From NCBI GenBank assembly GCA_038889075.1, contig JAWAHS010000001.1:151667-215666 (forward strand): a stretch of 64,000 nt of DNA, written 5' to 3'. The translations under genes and the position numbers were made by a program. Of this stretch, positions 1 through 11,722 are shown in pieces. The stretch's first letter is position 1. Each line of letters starts with the position of its first letter. The notes beneath the pieces were generated by a model. It was not told where the DNA came from. It ran no database searches and worked only from the letters and a program-made list of their open reading frames with translations. The DNA is from Ignisphaera sp. GTDB lineage: Archaea > Thermoproteota > Thermoprotei_A > Sulfolobales > Ignisphaeraceae.

Positions 1-545
1 AGATTTAGTGTTAGGACACCTATTGTAACATACAAATCTAGCCATGGTTTCTCCTCCAGCTTAACAATTCTATTGCCATCTATAGAGGCAACACCAACCG
101 GTACTTGGTATCTATCTGCAAGAACTACGACAGCATCGGAATTCCATGCAAAATGCTTATTTAAGAGATCGTGAATGTCTACAAGTGCTAGTATATCACC
201 GTACCAAATCAGTACAATGTTATCAATTAGACCGCATTTGAACGCTTTTAAAAGGGCTCCTCCCGTTCCCTTGTGGATTTCATCGTCAATACTGTACCTA
301 ATTTCTACACCGTGCCTAGAACCATTGTTAAAATAATTTCTTATTTGTTTCCATTTATATCCAACTAAGAACACATATTTAGATATTCCAAACCTCTTTA
401 ACCAGCAAACTATGTGTTCTAAAATAGGTCTTTCATCATATCCTATGGGAATCATTGGTTTTGGGATGATGTCTGTATATGGTTTAAATCTAGAACCTTC
501 ACCACCAGCAAGAATGACGCCGACCACGTCGCGTGTCGAAAGCAT
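1..545 (-). CDS. NDP-sugar pyrophosphorylase / nucleotidyltransferase family protein (3' end runs off the window)
   Basis: Hand translation from ATG at 545: MLSTRDVVGVILAGGEGSRFKPYTDIIPKPMIPIG...GTGGALL...WYGDIL. Contains the LAGGxGxR and PKP motifs of NTP transferases. Absent from the ORF track because it is truncated. Confidence 0.85.
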   Translation of the reverse strand, partial: MLSTRDVVGVILAGGEGSRFKPYTDIIPKPMIPIGYDERPILEHIVCWLKRFGISKYVFLVGYKWKQIRNYFNNGSRHGVEIRYSIDDEIHKGTGGALLKAFKCGLIDNIVLIWYGDILALVDIHDLLNKHFAWNSDAVVVLADRYQVPVGVASIDGNRIVKLEEKPWLDLYVTIGVLTLN

Positions 546-1073
546 TAAGGGACACCTTTAAAGAGGCTTATAAATGGTAATGGCAACTCTCTTTTTATAT
601 TTTTTTATTATCATACTTTAAATAAAGAGCAGGCGATACAAATACCATCTGCATTCTGATTTGTATTTTAGCAATATTATGTAGATACTAGGAAGCTTAA
701 GCTTAATGTAGAGATTTAAGTATGTAAAAGCTGTGCTAGATTTGTATTGGTTAGCAATAAGTCATCTGGAGAACGACTTGTTTTTATAACAATAAATCTT
801 AAGGACGATTTTTGGTACGGATTTTATACAAAGGTATTATCAAGCCATAGAATCAATACAAGTTATGGGAGACAATGGAGATTTGGATCCAGCTAAAAGA
901 TGCTAGCAAGTATGATGCTCCTAAATCACTATTATTGAAGCTAGATAGATTTAGTTTAGGAACAACATTCCTAGAAGGAGCTCTATACGCGTCTTGTACA
1001 GCATCGTTGGCTTCTAAATCTTATAGAATAAAAATGATTTGAACTCTTATGAAACGCGGTAAGAAGTATTTTG

Positions 1074-1697
1074 CTAGCTTTTTTGCAATAGAAGGGTCTT
1101 TATTTTTAGTGATCTTACCTTCTCCTCCCGTTCCATTTCGTCAAATTTCATTGTTAGATACATTATAGTTTTTAGTATCCTTGGTATTAGAACTTTTTCA
1201 AGCATTGTAACAATTCTCCTTACTCTCGCTATTTCTTTTCCTAAATTCAGCAACTCCTTCTCATATTCTGCTAATCTCGTAATAGTCTCTAAAACTTCTC
1301 TTCTTTTATTTTGAATAGTACTGACCTCTATTGGTAAAATGCTAGAACTTTCTGGAACCATAGCTAATTCTATCATTGGTGCAGGAACTCCCATAACATT
1401 TCTAACCCCAGCTATAATACTAATACCTTTAGCTGTTGCTAGTGAGGTTACATCCAGATACTCCAAGCCGTGGAGTGAAAGAGCTATATAATAGTAATAG
1501 TATATTTCATTCAATAGCTTGTTGAGTTTAGATCTCGTATCATAAGCCTTTTTAAGCACAACGTAAAACTCCTGTAAAAGGAATGTTAGTCTATCTCGTA
1601 GAATTCTATGAAGTCTTCTGGCTATTGTCAATCTTCTTCTAAGTCTGATTAACTCTATTTTTGTTGGTCTTGGTAATCTTAGGATTTCGCTACTCAT
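1074..1697 (-). CDS. atpD: A/V-type ATP synthase subunit D
   Basis: [14 protein letters not shown]-terminus, RNVMGV, LEKVLIP; last gene of the ATPase operon. Confidence 0.95.
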   Translation of the reverse strand: MSSEILRLPRPTKIELIRLRRRLTIARRLHRILRDRLTFLLQEFYVVLKKAYDTRSKLNKLLNEIYYYYYIALSLHGLEYLDVTSLATAKGISIIAGVRNVMGVPAPMIELAMVPESSSILPIEVSTIQNKRREVLETITRLAEYEKELLNLGKEIARVRRIVTMLEKVLIPRILKTIMYLTMKFDEMEREEKVRSLKIKTLLLQKS

Positions 1698-3115
1698 TGG
1701 CTTGATACCTGTTTTCTGTATGCTGGGTGGTATTTTTTCATGGTCTCTGAACTTATCTGCCGCAACTCTTCTTCAGGTAGAATGGATAGGAGACTCCATG
1801 CTATATCTAGTGTTTCTTCAAAGGCTCTTCTTTCATGTTCACCTTGGCTAATAAATTTGGCTTCAAAATTATCAGCAAATTCTAGATACCTCCTATCCCT
1901 TGCAGTAAGGGATTCTGTACCTACTATTGTTATTAATTCTCTTAAATACTGTCCCTCTGCATATGCAGATATTAATTGTGCAAATACCTCTCTATGATCC
2001 TCTCTAGTTTTACCCGGTCCTATTCCCTCCTTCATGAGTCTTGACAGTGATAGGAATACATCTACAGGGGGATACACACCCTTACGCCACATATCTCTTG
2101 ACAGAACTATCTGCCCCTCTGTTATATAGCCAGTTAAATCTGGTATTGGATGAGTTATATCATCATCAGGCATAGTGAGTATAGGCATTATGGTCATACT
2201 ACCTTTCTGATCGATAACCCTACCAGCCCTTTCATACATTGTTGCTAAATCCGTATACATGTATCCAGGGTATCCTCTTCTGCCAGGTACCTCTTCTCTA
2301 GCAGCTGAGATCTCCTTTAATGCTTCACAGTAGTTGGTCATATCTGTTAATATTGTCAGCATATGCATACCATACCTCCATGCAAGGAATTCAGCCGCTG
2401 TTAGTGCAACTCTCGGGAGTGCAAGCTTTTCAACTGTTGACGCTGATGCAGGTGCTAGAAATGCTATGGTTCTATCCAGTGCACCCATAGACTTTAATTC
2501 ATTCAGGAAATACATGGCCTCTTCATGTGTAACCCCAATAGCGCCAAATACGACAGCAAATCTCTCACCAGAACCCCTAACAGCTGCCTGTCTCACTATT
2601 TGCATGGCAATTCTATTATGAGGTAGCCCAGAACCACTGAAGATTGGTAGTTTCTGGCCTCTGACTAATGTCAGGAGGCCATCAATAACAGAAATTCCGG
2701 TCTCTATAGGTTCAGACGGCGGAATTCTTAGGGCTGGATTTAGCGGTTCTCCATGTATATCTAGGTAATCCTCCGGTACTATTGGAGGTCCGCCATCTAT
2801 TGGCCTTGCTAATCCATCAAATATTCTTCCAAGCATATCTGATGAAACTGGTATAGCTAGAGTCTCACCACGGAATTTAACAATAGTTTTACCTGGTGTA
2901 ACACCTAGGGAAGATCCGAATATCTGTATTAATGCTATATCTCTACTTACATCAACTACCTGGCCGAGCCTAGAATCGCCATCAACATCTATCTCTACAA
3001 GCTCACCATATCTGATACCACCCAAGGCTTTAACAAATATGAGAGAGCCTCTAACACCGGTAATTTGTCTACTCGACTTTGTGACAGCTAGTGTAGAGCT
3101 AGACATTTCAGCCAC
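1694..3115 (-). CDS. atpB: A/V-type ATP synthase subunit B
   Basis: [54 protein letters not shown]. Confidence 0.98.
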   Translation of the reverse strand: MAEMSSSTLAVTKSSRQITGVRGSLIFVKALGGIRYGELVEIDVDGDSRLGQVVDVSRDIALIQIFGSSLGVTPGKTIVKFRGETLAIPVSSDMLGRIFDGLARPIDGGPPIVPEDYLDIHGEPLNPALRIPPSEPIETGISVIDGLLTLVRGQKLPIFSGSGLPHNRIAMQIVRQAAVRGSGERFAVVFGAIGVTHEEAMYFLNELKSMGALDRTIAFLAPASASTVEKLALPRVALTAAEFLAWRYGMHMLTILTDMTNYCEALKEISAAREEVPGRRGYPGYMYTDLATMYERAGRVIDQKGSMTIMPILTMPDDDITHPIPDLTGYITEGQIVLSRDMWRKGVYPPVDVFLSLSRLMKEGIGPGKTREDHREVFAQLISAYAEGQYLRELITIVGTESLTARDRRYLEFADNFEAKFISQGEHERRAFEETLDIAWSLLSILPEEELRQISSETMKKYHPAYRKQVSSQ

Positions 3116-4886
3116 CCAATAGATCTAGGAATTCCCTCTTCATGGTTTCTAAAAGCTCAGGAATAAATTTACTCTTTAGTTCACCAATAGCATAGAACTT
3201 CATTCTGGACAGCATATACCTGCTCTTCAATTCCCTTATTCTGGCTACAGGAACACCCTTAGACAATGCTTCTTGAGCCAATCTGTAAAACTCCATTATA
3301 GCTTCCATCATTACAATACCCTTCTCAGGAGGTGAATATGCATCAACGGGATTGAGGGCACTTTGTTGCAGAAAGTCCTCCCTTATAATCCTAGCCATTT
3401 CGAGCAAAAGCTTATCCTCCTCGGGTAGTGCCTCAGGACCTACTAATCTAACTATATCACTTAGCTCGGCTTCCCTCTGCAAAATCTTGAGCATGGTTTC
3501 TCTATTTCTACTCCAGCTTCCCTCAGAAATTTTATCCCAATACAGCTTAACGAAATCTATGTATAGGCTGTAGCTTTGAAGCCAGTTGATGGCAGGAAAA
3601 TGCCTCCTTGTAGCTAATCCATAGTCCAATGCATAAAAGCTCTGAATATATCTAACGGTACCTCTAACCACAGGTTCGCTAAAATCTCCACCTGGTGGTG
3701 AAACTGCGCCAAATATAGTTAGGCTTCCAAAGCGCTCTGGATTTCCAAGCGCTACAATTCTACCTGCTCTCTCATAGAATTCGGCCAGTCTACTAGATAG
3801 GTAGGCTGGAAATCCCTCCTCACCAGGCATCTCCTCCATCCTACCACTTATCTCCCTCATAGCCTCAGCCCATCTACTTGTTGAATCGGCGACCATTATT
3901 ACATCATAGCCCATATCCCTAAAATACTCGCCTATAGTAACACCAAGAAATACGCTAGTTTCTCTAGCAGCAACAGGCATATTACTTGTATTAGCAATGA
4001 ATACAGATCTCTCCATCATTGGTCTACCCCTTCTAGTATCCATAAGCTTGAGGAAACTTGTTAGAGCATCCGACATTTCATTTCCCCGCTCGCCACATCC
4101 AACAAATATAGCTATATCAGCATGGCTCCACTTAGTCAATTCCTGTAGCAATACTGTTTTACCTGTGCCAAAGCCACCGGGAACAGCAGCTTTACCACCC
4201 TTAGCAATAGGGAATACATGGTCTATAACTCTTATACCTGTGATCAAAGGCTCGATGGGGTTTAGCTTCTCTCTGTATGGTCTAGGTCTTCTAATAGGCC
4301 AAATCTGATACAGCTTAACATCATAGCTATTGCCATCAGATTCAATAATGGCAATGGTATCTTCAATTCCGTAGTCACCATCGTCTGCCACCCACTTTAA
4401 CTTACCATGAATATTGGGGGGAATCATAATCTTATGGAGAACCAGCGGGGTTTCCTGTACATATCCTATTACATCGCCAGAGCTGATCTTATCCCCTAGA
4501 TTCAACTTTTTCTCTCTCCTAAAATTCCACTTGGCATTTCTACTTAGAGCATTCAGCTTAACCCCCCTCCTGATAAATATACTCCTAGTCAGTATACCAA
4601 TCTCCTTCTCAGGGCGTTGAAGACCGTCGTATATGGAACCTATAAGTCCTGGGCCAAGCTCAGCTGATAAGGGTCTTCCTGAAGCAACAACTTTTTCACC
4701 TACAGTAAGCCCTGTTGTCTCCTCATAAACTTGTATATAGATCTTATCACCACGGATAGCAATAACCTCACCTATAAGCCCCTCTTCACCAACATATACA
4801 ACTTCGTACATCATAATTCTGCCGAGACCTTCAGCCACTATTAATGGACCTGCAATCCTATATATGCGACCAGTAGTGGTAGACAT
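3108..4886 (-). CDS. atpA: A/V-type ATP synthase catalytic subunit A
   Basis: P-loop [32 protein letters not shown] at 4886 preferred; the GTG at 4895 overlaps the GAGGTG ribosome-binding site. No intein. Confidence 0.98.
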   Translation of the reverse strand: MSTTTGRIYRIAGPLIVAEGLGRIMMYEVVYVGEEGLIGEVIAIRGDKIYIQVYEETTGLTVGEKVVASGRPLSAELGPGLIGSIYDGLQRPEKEIGILTRSIFIRRGVKLNALSRNAKWNFRREKKLNLGDKISSGDVIGYVQETPLVLHKIMIPPNIHGKLKWVADDGDYGIEDTIAIIESDGNSYDVKLYQIWPIRRPRPYREKLNPIEPLITGIRVIDHVFPIAKGGKAAVPGGFGTGKTVLLQELTKWSHADIAIFVGCGERGNEMSDALTSFLKLMDTRRGRPMMERSVFIANTSNMPVAARETSVFLGVTIGEYFRDMGYDVIMVADSTSRWAEAMREISGRMEEMPGEEGFPAYLSSRLAEFYERAGRIVALGNPERFGSLTIFGAVSPPGGDFSEPVVRGTVRYIQSFYALDYGLATRRHFPAINWLQSYSLYIDFVKLYWDKISEGSWSRNRETMLKILQREAELSDIVRLVGPEALPEEDKLLLEMARIIREDFLQQSALNPVDAYSPPEKGIVMMEAIMEFYRLAQEALSKGVPVARIRELKSRYMLSRMKFYAIGELKSKFIPELLETMKREFLDLLGG

Positions 4887-4995
4887 TAACCGCACCTCTA
4901 TATCTGAGATGCCAGATGCATTATTATATGTTTTTGAAACGTGGGAGGCCTATTATAGAACATGGATATCATTTCCAGACGACACCCCATTTATA

Positions 4996-5343
4996 CTATT
5001 CTAGGTAAACTTCATATCCAATAAATCTGCGAATTATATCCCTATAGAAAGCTTTTGGAGACTCGAGAATATCGTCAAGAGTATCAGGAATGGCGATGAT
5101 TGATGGGTAGATGTGAATGTTTTGGAGGTATGTAGTTAAATCGATACCTTTAACGAGACTCCTCTGTACAATGATAACTCCTAGATCTCTATCTTCAATA
5201 AGCTTTGTCAGGGCATTTAAAATCTCGCTCTGATTCTCAATAATGAATATAGCATCGATACCTAAAATTTTCATAAGGGGGGCGAGTTCCCTTCTTACAA
5301 TGGCTGCTATTTTAGATTTAGATTGTGAATGCAAGGGTATCAC
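4996..5343 (-). CDS. atpF: A/V-type ATP synthase subunit F
   Basis: 115 aa, KIAAI...LGID...DLGVIIV...IIRRFIG pattern; position between C and A. Confidence 0.85.
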   Translation of the reverse strand: MIPLHSQSKSKIAAIVRRELAPLMKILGIDAIFIIENQSEILNALTKLIEDRDLGVIIVQRSLVKGIDLTTYLQNIHIYPSIIAIPDTLDDILESPKAFYRDIIRRFIGYEVYLE

Positions 5344-6215
5344 CTAATCCTATATCTACCTCTTATCGAACTCACTAGTGGATGTACATATCTAATCATC
5401 TTCTGCTCATAGTATCTGTTTATTAGATATAGTGTGAGTTGATCAATTAATTGATAGGAGGGGTAGAGAAGGTTCTTAATAGCATCATATACATACGCTG
5501 CTTCGTATATTTCTAAAGTATCTAGGGATTCTCTAATAAATTTTTCAATATTTTCTAAAATTGTATGGAGTTTATATACAATTAATTGATTAGAAAGATT
5601 TAGTTTCTGATTGATAAATTTAACAAACTCATTATAACTATATTCTGCTAATGCTAAGATGTGAGAATTTTTTAAATAAATAAAGTATCTTATTGATGTG
5701 AAAATTGCTATAGCATTCAAAGCATTTATATAGGATTCTAGATATGCCCTATAAATCTTTTTAAGTATAGAGGCAGTTTTATCTATGTAGATCTCTAGAA
5801 GACATCTATAGGAGTAGTCTCTGCAGCACTGCTTATATTGAGGATCGTTTAATACATTGGTATACATGTATGTAGGTTGGGTAGTCTTCTTCGGGGTAGA
5901 AGATATCGCTAGGAGTTTTTCAAAATCATAAATCTCAAGAAATGTATAGAGATAGTACGAATATTCTTCAGGTAGAATGTTTCCTATATATTCAAATTCA
6001 CTTCTATATATATCAAAGATATATCTATCCAACTCATCGATACTACTAGCGGATAGAAGTTTTACAAAACTATTTCGAGCATCTTTTTCCAATAAAAGGC
6101 GACTATATTCTATGGCGGCATTTTTCGTTAAACCATCTATCAACTCTTCTAGCCTTGGCGGTTTAGCTAAATAGATGATTACCGTAGCCAGTGAAGCTTC
6201 GCGCGATAATTTCAT
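5340..6215 (-). CDS. atpC: A/V-type ATP synthase subunit C (divergent)
   Basis: Position between E and F with overlapping stop/start codons, helical, 291 aa; sequence motifs weak. Confidence 0.6.
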   Translation of the reverse strand: MKLSREASLATVIIYLAKPPRLEELIDGLTKNAAIEYSRLLLEKDARNSFVKLLSASSIDELDRYIFDIYRSEFEYIGNILPEEYSYYLYTFLEIYDFEKLLAISSTPKKTTQPTYMYTNVLNDPQYKQCCRDYSYRCLLEIYIDKTASILKKIYRAYLESYINALNAIAIFTSIRYFIYLKNSHILALAEYSYNEFVKFINQKLNLSNQLIVYKLHTILENIEKFIRESLDTLEIYEAAYVYDAIKNLLYPSYQLIDQLTLYLINRYYEQKMIRYVHPLVSSIRGRYRIR

Positions 6216-6814
6216 TGATAGATCTCCTTAACGAGATTTGGCAGCATTTTCTTTAAGATAATTGAAATTCTAGAGTCGTAACTATTATCTATAGATATAG
6301 TACCATCGGCCAATTCAAGAATTAAACCGCCGAGGATTCCCGTGGATTCCACGTTAATTACCTCAATGCCATATTTATTCCTAATATACTCCCTTAATTG
6401 ATTACTTAAATGAATGTCACGTTCAGAAATCTTAATTGCTACTTGGTTTACGATACCATAACTATGAAAGATATGTTGTAGAGCTTCATCGAGGAGTCTG
6501 AACAGTGATTGAAGCCTTGTTTCCATATCTAAGTTAATCAAGAAATTGATAATATTCTTCTCCATCTCCTTAATAATTCGATGTTTTACATCGTGTATTA
6601 TGAGTCTTGCATTCAGTTTTGCTTCAGCGATCTTGGCATCGTAATTCAATTCCTCTAATATTTTTCTTTTTTCATCCTCTATCCTATTTCTTTTTATCTT
6701 TTCAGCTTCCTCAATAATCCTTCTTGCCTCCTCCTCAGCCCTACTTACCCTACTTTCAGCCTCTTTAAGAGCTTTCTCCAATACAGCTTTTCTTAGCAGC
6801 TCTATAGATTCCAT
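6212..6814 (-). CDS. atpE: A/V-type ATP synthase subunit E
   Basis: Charged coiled-coil N-terminus; ILGGLILE...IDNSYDSR C-terminal motif. Confidence 0.9.
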   Translation of the reverse strand: MESIELLRKAVLEKALKEAESRVSRAEEEARRIIEEAEKIKRNRIEDEKRKILEELNYDAKIAEAKLNARLIIHDVKHRIIKEMEKNIINFLINLDMETRLQSLFRLLDEALQHIFHSYGIVNQVAIKISERDIHLSNQLREYIRNKYGIEVINVESTGILGGLILELADGTISIDNSYDSRISIILKKMLPNLVKEIYQ

Positions 6815-6818
6815 GGAT

Positions 6819-7325
6819 TCACCAACCAGCTACTATACTAAGCATTAATATTCCGAAGATCATGCCAAGTATTCCAAATAGTTCTTCATAAGCAGCTAAA
6901 ACTATTCCCAGACCGAAAATTCCACCCTTTGTCTTAATTAGTTGTGTAGCAGTATCTGCACAAACTTGTCCCTGCGTATAGGCACTAAATGCTTCAGCGA
7001 AACCTACAAATATAGATATACCAATAATGGCAAAACTTATGTTGAGAGGTATCAAATCGAGTTTTCCATACTTAGCTAGTATGCTTGGTAGGTAAACATT
7101 ATATGTCATGAACATAAATATGAAACCATACACCATAGCCTGAGTAGCAGGTAGAAATGAGAGAGCTAACACTTTTCCTCGTTGGATTGGATCCTCAGAT
7201 ATTACAGCTGTGCCCACAGAGGCAACCTTTCGGATACCTAGCGTTGAACCTATAACGGCTAGGCCTTCAGCTATTGCAGGAAATGTATACATTATAGCAC
7301 CCGTATCCATAATCTGATACACCAA
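6819..7325 (-). CDS. atpK: ATP synthase subunit K/c, duplicated four-helix (V-type-like) proteolipid
   Basis: 168 aa hydrophobic; hairpin 1 LPATQAMVYG, hairpin 2 SAYTQGQV...AAYEELFGILG, resembling Enterococcus NtpK. Confidence 0.9.
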   Translation of the reverse strand: MVYQIMDTGAIMYTFPAIAEGLAVIGSTLGIRKVASVGTAVISEDPIQRGKVLALSFLPATQAMVYGFIFMFMTYNVYLPSILAKYGKLDLIPLNISFAIIGISIFVGFAEAFSAYTQGQVCADTATQLIKTKGGIFGLGIVLAAYEELFGILGMIFGILMLSIVAGW

Positions 7326-7439
7326 TCTGATTTATCTTGACTCGGCTAAAAATAGTATAAGCCCTGCATTAAAAAGCTTATATACTAGTTATATAGATTA
7401 CTGTTACAACCTAAAACAATCATAGCTACCGTTTTTATA

Positions 7440-9395
7440 CTATCTCACACTTACACTTCCCAATACAATAGGTTCTATAGCTATTTTGACTGGCTGGATT
7501 CTTCTTCCAGCACCTTCAAGAAACTTTGATGATATTTCAAAGAGGCATAGCCTTAATGAATGTACGAATGGTCCTATTGCAGAGACTGCTAAATTGAATA
7601 GATGAAGTATGAAGGACATCAGTATTCCAGCAACCATTCCAACAATAATATTTGGCATTGTGAAAGCACCTGTTATAAAACCATTGAATATCTCTGCGAG
7701 CATCGCCGAACCCATGCCTATTCCAGCTATTCTTATAAATGAAAAGACATCACCAATTATTCCGAGAACGTCAAATAGCCATAATAGCGCACCGAGACCG
7801 TGTAGGGAAATGATTTTACCTATAATGATGATTGCTATAGAGGCTAAACTTATCCACAGACTATATTCGTAGAAAATTGGTATTACAGGAATATTTGCTC
7901 TAAAGTAACTATATAGATATGGTCTTAAATACTGAGCACCAGCAATCATAATAAGCACTATACCTACTTCCGATAAGAATCCACCTCTATCCTTCAATCT
8001 AAAGTTCTTTAGGGCTGCAAATACATGTGATATTAATACAAATATATAGCCTATAGTTATGCTCAGACCCATCATAGACATTAGATCTGAGTAGTCCAAG
8101 ATGCGCGGTATAGGTAGATGAGTACCTAGTAACGAACCTAGGAAGCTCTTAGATAAAATTCCCAAGATGATACAGCCTGCTGATGATATATAGAGAACTT
8201 GTTGAAGTCTTCTAAAGCCTAAGGCTTTTGGATTTTCAACAAATTTTGGTAGAACATACCTTGCTGCTAGGGCTAGACCTATACCATAACCAACATCAGC
8301 GAACATTAATGAGAAGAATAGAATGAATGAATAGGTGAGGAAGGGTGTCGGATCCCATTCGTTTGGCGATGGTATGCCATACATTTCGGTTATGATTTCA
8401 AACGGCTTGAATGGTTTAAGATTGTTAAAATCTACAGGTGGGTTTGGATCTACCTCATACATAGTGTACACTGGCAGTCCCTGTAAGATTTTTATTGCAC
8501 TATCTATTTTTGACTTTGGTATCCATCCTACTAGTGTTGTGAGATATTTTGAACTCAGTGTATTCTTCCATATCTCAATTTTCTTGTATTCGATATCTAG
8601 AAGTAGTTTAAGCATAGCAATTTCATTAATGTTTCTTTCTATAATATTCTCTATCCTAGATGTGACATTCGATATGTGTTGGCTTAAACTCTCTATTTCA
8701 ATATTTAATCTATTTAAAACGGCATCTAACTTGGTAATACCGTATTTCTCTACTACATTAAATATCCTTACATCTTGGGGGAGAGCTCTAAATAGCTCTT
8801 CATACCCTTTTAATGGTAGTAGAGCAGATATAGCAGCATAATTATCACCTTCAGCTTCAGCTATAGTGAGTAGGGCCTTGCTACGTATGAGATTTACTGA
8901 CTGTTTTGATGCAATAAAAGTCTCCACGGCATAGATAGAACCTCTATAATGAAGTATTGATGTATCGGCATTTGGATACTTCTCTAAAATTTTCTCGATT
9001 AGTTGTTTGATTAATAGTAGTATTTCAATACTTCTCTTCATATTCAATACCTCATTATTAAGCACTTCTATATCTGATAGAATGGATGAAAGGTTTGCAT
9101 ATACTCGTTTAATGCCTTCTCTTATATCTGTAGGAATCTCAGTTATTTCAATGGTTATAGGTTGTTTAATATATGAGGAGATCTCATTATATAATAGTTT
9201 AGCCCGCTCAATGAACCCTATGTACTCTTTTATCTCTCTTAATTCCCTTTCCTTAGACTCTTGCTGTATTGGTTCAAAAACTCCTAATCTAAATAATTTC
9301 TCAGTTATTTCACTTATGTACTCAGTAGGTGTAATTACATATACTTTGAAAGCTGTATCAGGATCACTTAGTATTAGAGATCTAAGACTGGACAT
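7440..9395 (-). CDS. atpI: A/V-type ATP synthase subunit I (a)
   Basis: YGIPSPNEWDPT, MFADVGYG, conserved Arg in FSFIRIAG, HSLRLCLFE. Confidence 0.95.
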   Translation of the reverse strand: MSSLRSLILSDPDTAFKVYVITPTEYISEITEKLFRLGVFEPIQQESKERELREIKEYIGFIERAKLLYNEISSYIKQPITIEITEIPTDIREGIKRVYANLSSILSDIEVLNNEVLNMKRSIEILLLIKQLIEKILEKYPNADTSILHYRGSIYAVETFIASKQSVNLIRSKALLTIAEAEGDNYAAISALLPLKGYEELFRALPQDVRIFNVVEKYGITKLDAVLNRLNIEIESLSQHISNVTSRIENIIERNINEIAMLKLLLDIEYKKIEIWKNTLSSKYLTTLVGWIPKSKIDSAIKILQGLPVYTMYEVDPNPPVDFNNLKPFKPFEIITEMYGIPSPNEWDPTPFLTYSFILFFSLMFADVGYGIGLALAARYVLPKFVENPKALGFRRLQQVLYISSAGCIILGILSKSFLGSLLGTHLPIPRILDYSDLMSMMGLSITIGYIFVLISHVFAALKNFRLKDRGGFLSEVGIVLIMIAGAQYLRPYLYSYFRANIPVIPIFYEYSLWISLASIAIIIIGKIISLHGLGALLWLFDVLGIIGDVFSFIRIAGIGMGSAMLAEIFNGFITGAFTMPNIIVGMVAGILMSFILHLFNLAVSAIGPFVHSLRLCLFEISSKFLEGAGRRIQPVKIAIEPIVLGSVSVR

Positions 9396-9405
9396 GATTT
9401 ACATC

Positions 9406-9723
9406 CTACTCAATCTCGATGCCTGCAACTATTGATGCAATTCTTTTTGCAATATTCTGGACAGATTTTTGAGCTTTACTCCATAAGAGTTCAGCTTCTT
9501 TTTTTGCATTGAGTATTATCTCCTTAACGTCTCTCTCTATCTTTTCTTCATATTCTCTTCTCCATCTTTCTAAATCATTACGGTAGCTATCATCAGATAG
9601 TATCTCATGTGCTCTTCTCTTAGCATCATCGATGATTTTCTGAACTTTCCTTTCAGCTTCATTGAGAATTTCCTCAGCCTCCTTCTCTATTTTAGAAATA
9701 ATATTGTCCGACATTATTATCAC
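9406..9723 (-). CDS. atpH: A-type ATP synthase subunit H (G)
   Basis: Short E/K-rich coiled coil, first gene of the operon. Confidence 0.75.
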   Translation of the reverse strand: MIIMSDNIISKIEKEAEEILNEAERKVQKIIDDAKRRAHEILSDDSYRNDLERWRREYEEKIERDVKEIILNAKKEAELLWSKAQKSVQNIAKRIASIVAGIEIE

Positions 9724-9858
9724 TCTACCTCTACAATAGACTATAAAGTAGCTTGATCTGAAATTTTAAACTTTTATAGAGTAAATTATTGCAGAAGAGT
9801 GATGATAATAAATAGGGAGTCTATATTAATGAGAATAGCTGCATGGAAGTGATAGACT

Positions 9859-10758
9859 ATGTTAATAGGGATTTTAACCCAAAATCCTAATGGGTGGGCA
9901 TCGTCTAGACTTATAAAAGCTATTGAACTGTTAGGACATAGAGCATTTCCATTTAGATTTAGAGATGTCGTTACCCATATTGATGATGGGCTATTCAAAG
10001 TAATTGTAAATGATCTGGATATAGTTAGGGAGATCAATGCTATCATTGTGAGGCCTATTGGTAGATGTAGTCTTGAGTGGGCAATTTTTAGAATGGACTT
10101 GCTCTACGCCCTCCAAGACTACGGTTTAACAATAGTAAATAAACCACAGGCGATAGAGAGATGTGTAGATAAGTTTAGGGCACTATATCTCTTACAGCTT
10201 CGTGGGATTCCAGTACCGGAGACTATTGTGACAGAAAATGCTGCACTTGCACATGAATATTCAAAGCGTCTTAGGAATAGGGAAGTGGTTGTTAAGCCGA
10301 TATTTGGATCTAGGGGTCACGGTTCTACAAAGATAGTATTAAGCGATAGGGATGTTCTCTGGGAAGTGCTTCACGCAATGGCATTTACAAAGCATGTACT
10401 TTATGTCCAGAAGTTTTTACGCCATGGCGGCATGGATATAAGGGTCTTAGTTATAGGTGATAGAGTTATAGCATCTATGTATAGAGTTGCACCGAGAGGT
10501 ATGTGGAAAACCAATGTAGCACAGGGAGCCCAACCACTAGCCATAGAGAGGCTTAGCCCTGAAATTGAGGATATTGCAATAAGGTCAGCAAGAGCTGTAG
10601 AATGCGATGTAGCTGGGGTAGACATTGCTGTAGCTGATGGAAGGCCATATGTACTTGAGATTAATAGTCAGCCAGGGTGGAGAGGTCTTCAGAGCACTAC
10701 TGAAAGGGATATCGCATTGGAAATAGTAAAGTATGTTATAGAAAAAGCAAAAAAATAG
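9859..10758 (+). CDS. RimK-family ATP-grasp alpha-L-glutamate ligase, probably H4MPT:glutamate ligase (MptN-like)
   Basis: VVKPIFGSRG, DIRVLVIG, WKTNVAQG, GVDI, LEINSQPGW; convergent with mch. Confidence 0.8.
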   Translation: MLIGILTQNPNGWASSRLIKAIELLGHRAFPFRFRDVVTHIDDGLFKVIVNDLDIVREINAIIVRPIGRCSLEWAIFRMDLLYALQDYGLTIVNKPQAIERCVDKFRALYLLQLRGIPVPETIVTENAALAHEYSKRLRNREVVVKPIFGSRGHGSTKIVLSDRDVLWEVLHAMAFTKHVLYVQKFLRHGGMDIRVLVIGDRVIASMYRVAPRGMWKTNVAQGAQPLAIERLSPEIEDIAIRSARAVECDVAGVDIAVADGRPYVLEINSQPGWRGLQSTTERDIALEIVKYVIEKAKK

Positions 10759-10759
10759 T

Positions 10760-11722
10760 TTAACCTAGACTTAAAGCTATAGAATTTTTAATAACACTAA
10801 TGTTTATGTAACCGGCCTTGAACGTTCTACCAGAGCTGACATTATTTACAGTAACCATAGCAGGTGCAAATACATTTGGATCAACCTTATAGAGAATCTC
10901 CTCGCCAAACTGCTTTACGAGAACTACAAATGATTTACCATAATCTCTAGAGGAAGAGCTGGGAGTTTTCTTCACATACTCCTCAAGTTTTGCATCATCT
11001 GGATAGCTAACTATATAGTACGTGGATCCTCCATAGAGTAACATATCGTTTGTTCTACCCATCATTACTAAGGGATCTGGGTGGAGAGGTGCTATGGGAC
11101 ATACGCCAAATCCGTATCTAATACACTTTATATCGAATCCTATTGTGTTAAATTTAAATATGCCAGTCTCAACTATCCTTGCACTCACCTGCACACTACC
11201 AGCTATACTATTTGGTGCTACCACCATAATATAGATATTTTTAGATTCAACACCGGTTTCATTACCGATATACTTTATTACATCTTCACTAGGCATTCTA
11301 CTCGTCTCTAGGACAAGGGCAGCTTCATCAGACTGTTCTGTATAGCCTATACTTTCAAGGAGTTTCCTAGGCTTTTTAGCAAGCACTCTTGCAGGTCCAC
11401 TACCATTAGCAAAGAAATCTCCTACCCTAATTCTCCAGCCAGCTAGCTGGGAAGCAATACACGATTCGATTGGATGGTCTGTCGATACAGCTACAGCAGG
11501 CAATACTATATCTTCAATAAGTAGGGGTGTTAGGGATACTGCGGCGAGTCCTCCAAGACAAACCTTGGAGACGACTATACCAGCATCTATACTGCCACTA
11601 GCCTTAACACCAGCATCAACTACTGTCGCACCTCCTATATTTAGGATCTCTACCTTAAGCTCGTCAGCCATATCAATACCCTTTTTAATTATGTCAACTG
11701 CAAGCTTATTCATAGGTTTCAC
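10760..11722 (-). CDS. mch: Methenyl-H4MPT cyclohydrolase
   Basis: DAGV...VCLGGL, STDHP, SQLAGW, GSGPAR, MGRTND, DPNVFAPA. Confidence 0.95.
   Translation of the reverse strand: MKPMNKLAVDIIKKGIDMADELKVEILNIGGATVVDAGVKASGSIDAGIVVSKVCLGGLAAVSLTPLLIEDIVLPAVAVSTDHPIESCIASQLAGWRIRVGDFFANGSGPARVLAKKPRKLLESIGYTEQSDEAALVLETSRMPSEDVIKYIGNETGVESKNIYIMVVAPNSIAGSVQVSARIVETGIFKFNTIGFDIKCIRYGFGVCPIAPLHPDPLVMMGRTNDMLLYGGSTYYIVSYPDDAKLEEYVKKTPSSSSRDYGKSFVVLVKQFGEEILYKVDPNVFAPAMVTVNNVSSGRTFKAGYINISVIKNSIALSLG

Noticed and set aside
546-1073. 528-bp intergenic region with an AAGCTTAAGCTT palindrome as origin or RNA gene
   Set aside because: No ORB-like boxes, adjacent cdc6 or tRNA-like structure; a short AT-rich palindrome is expected by chance
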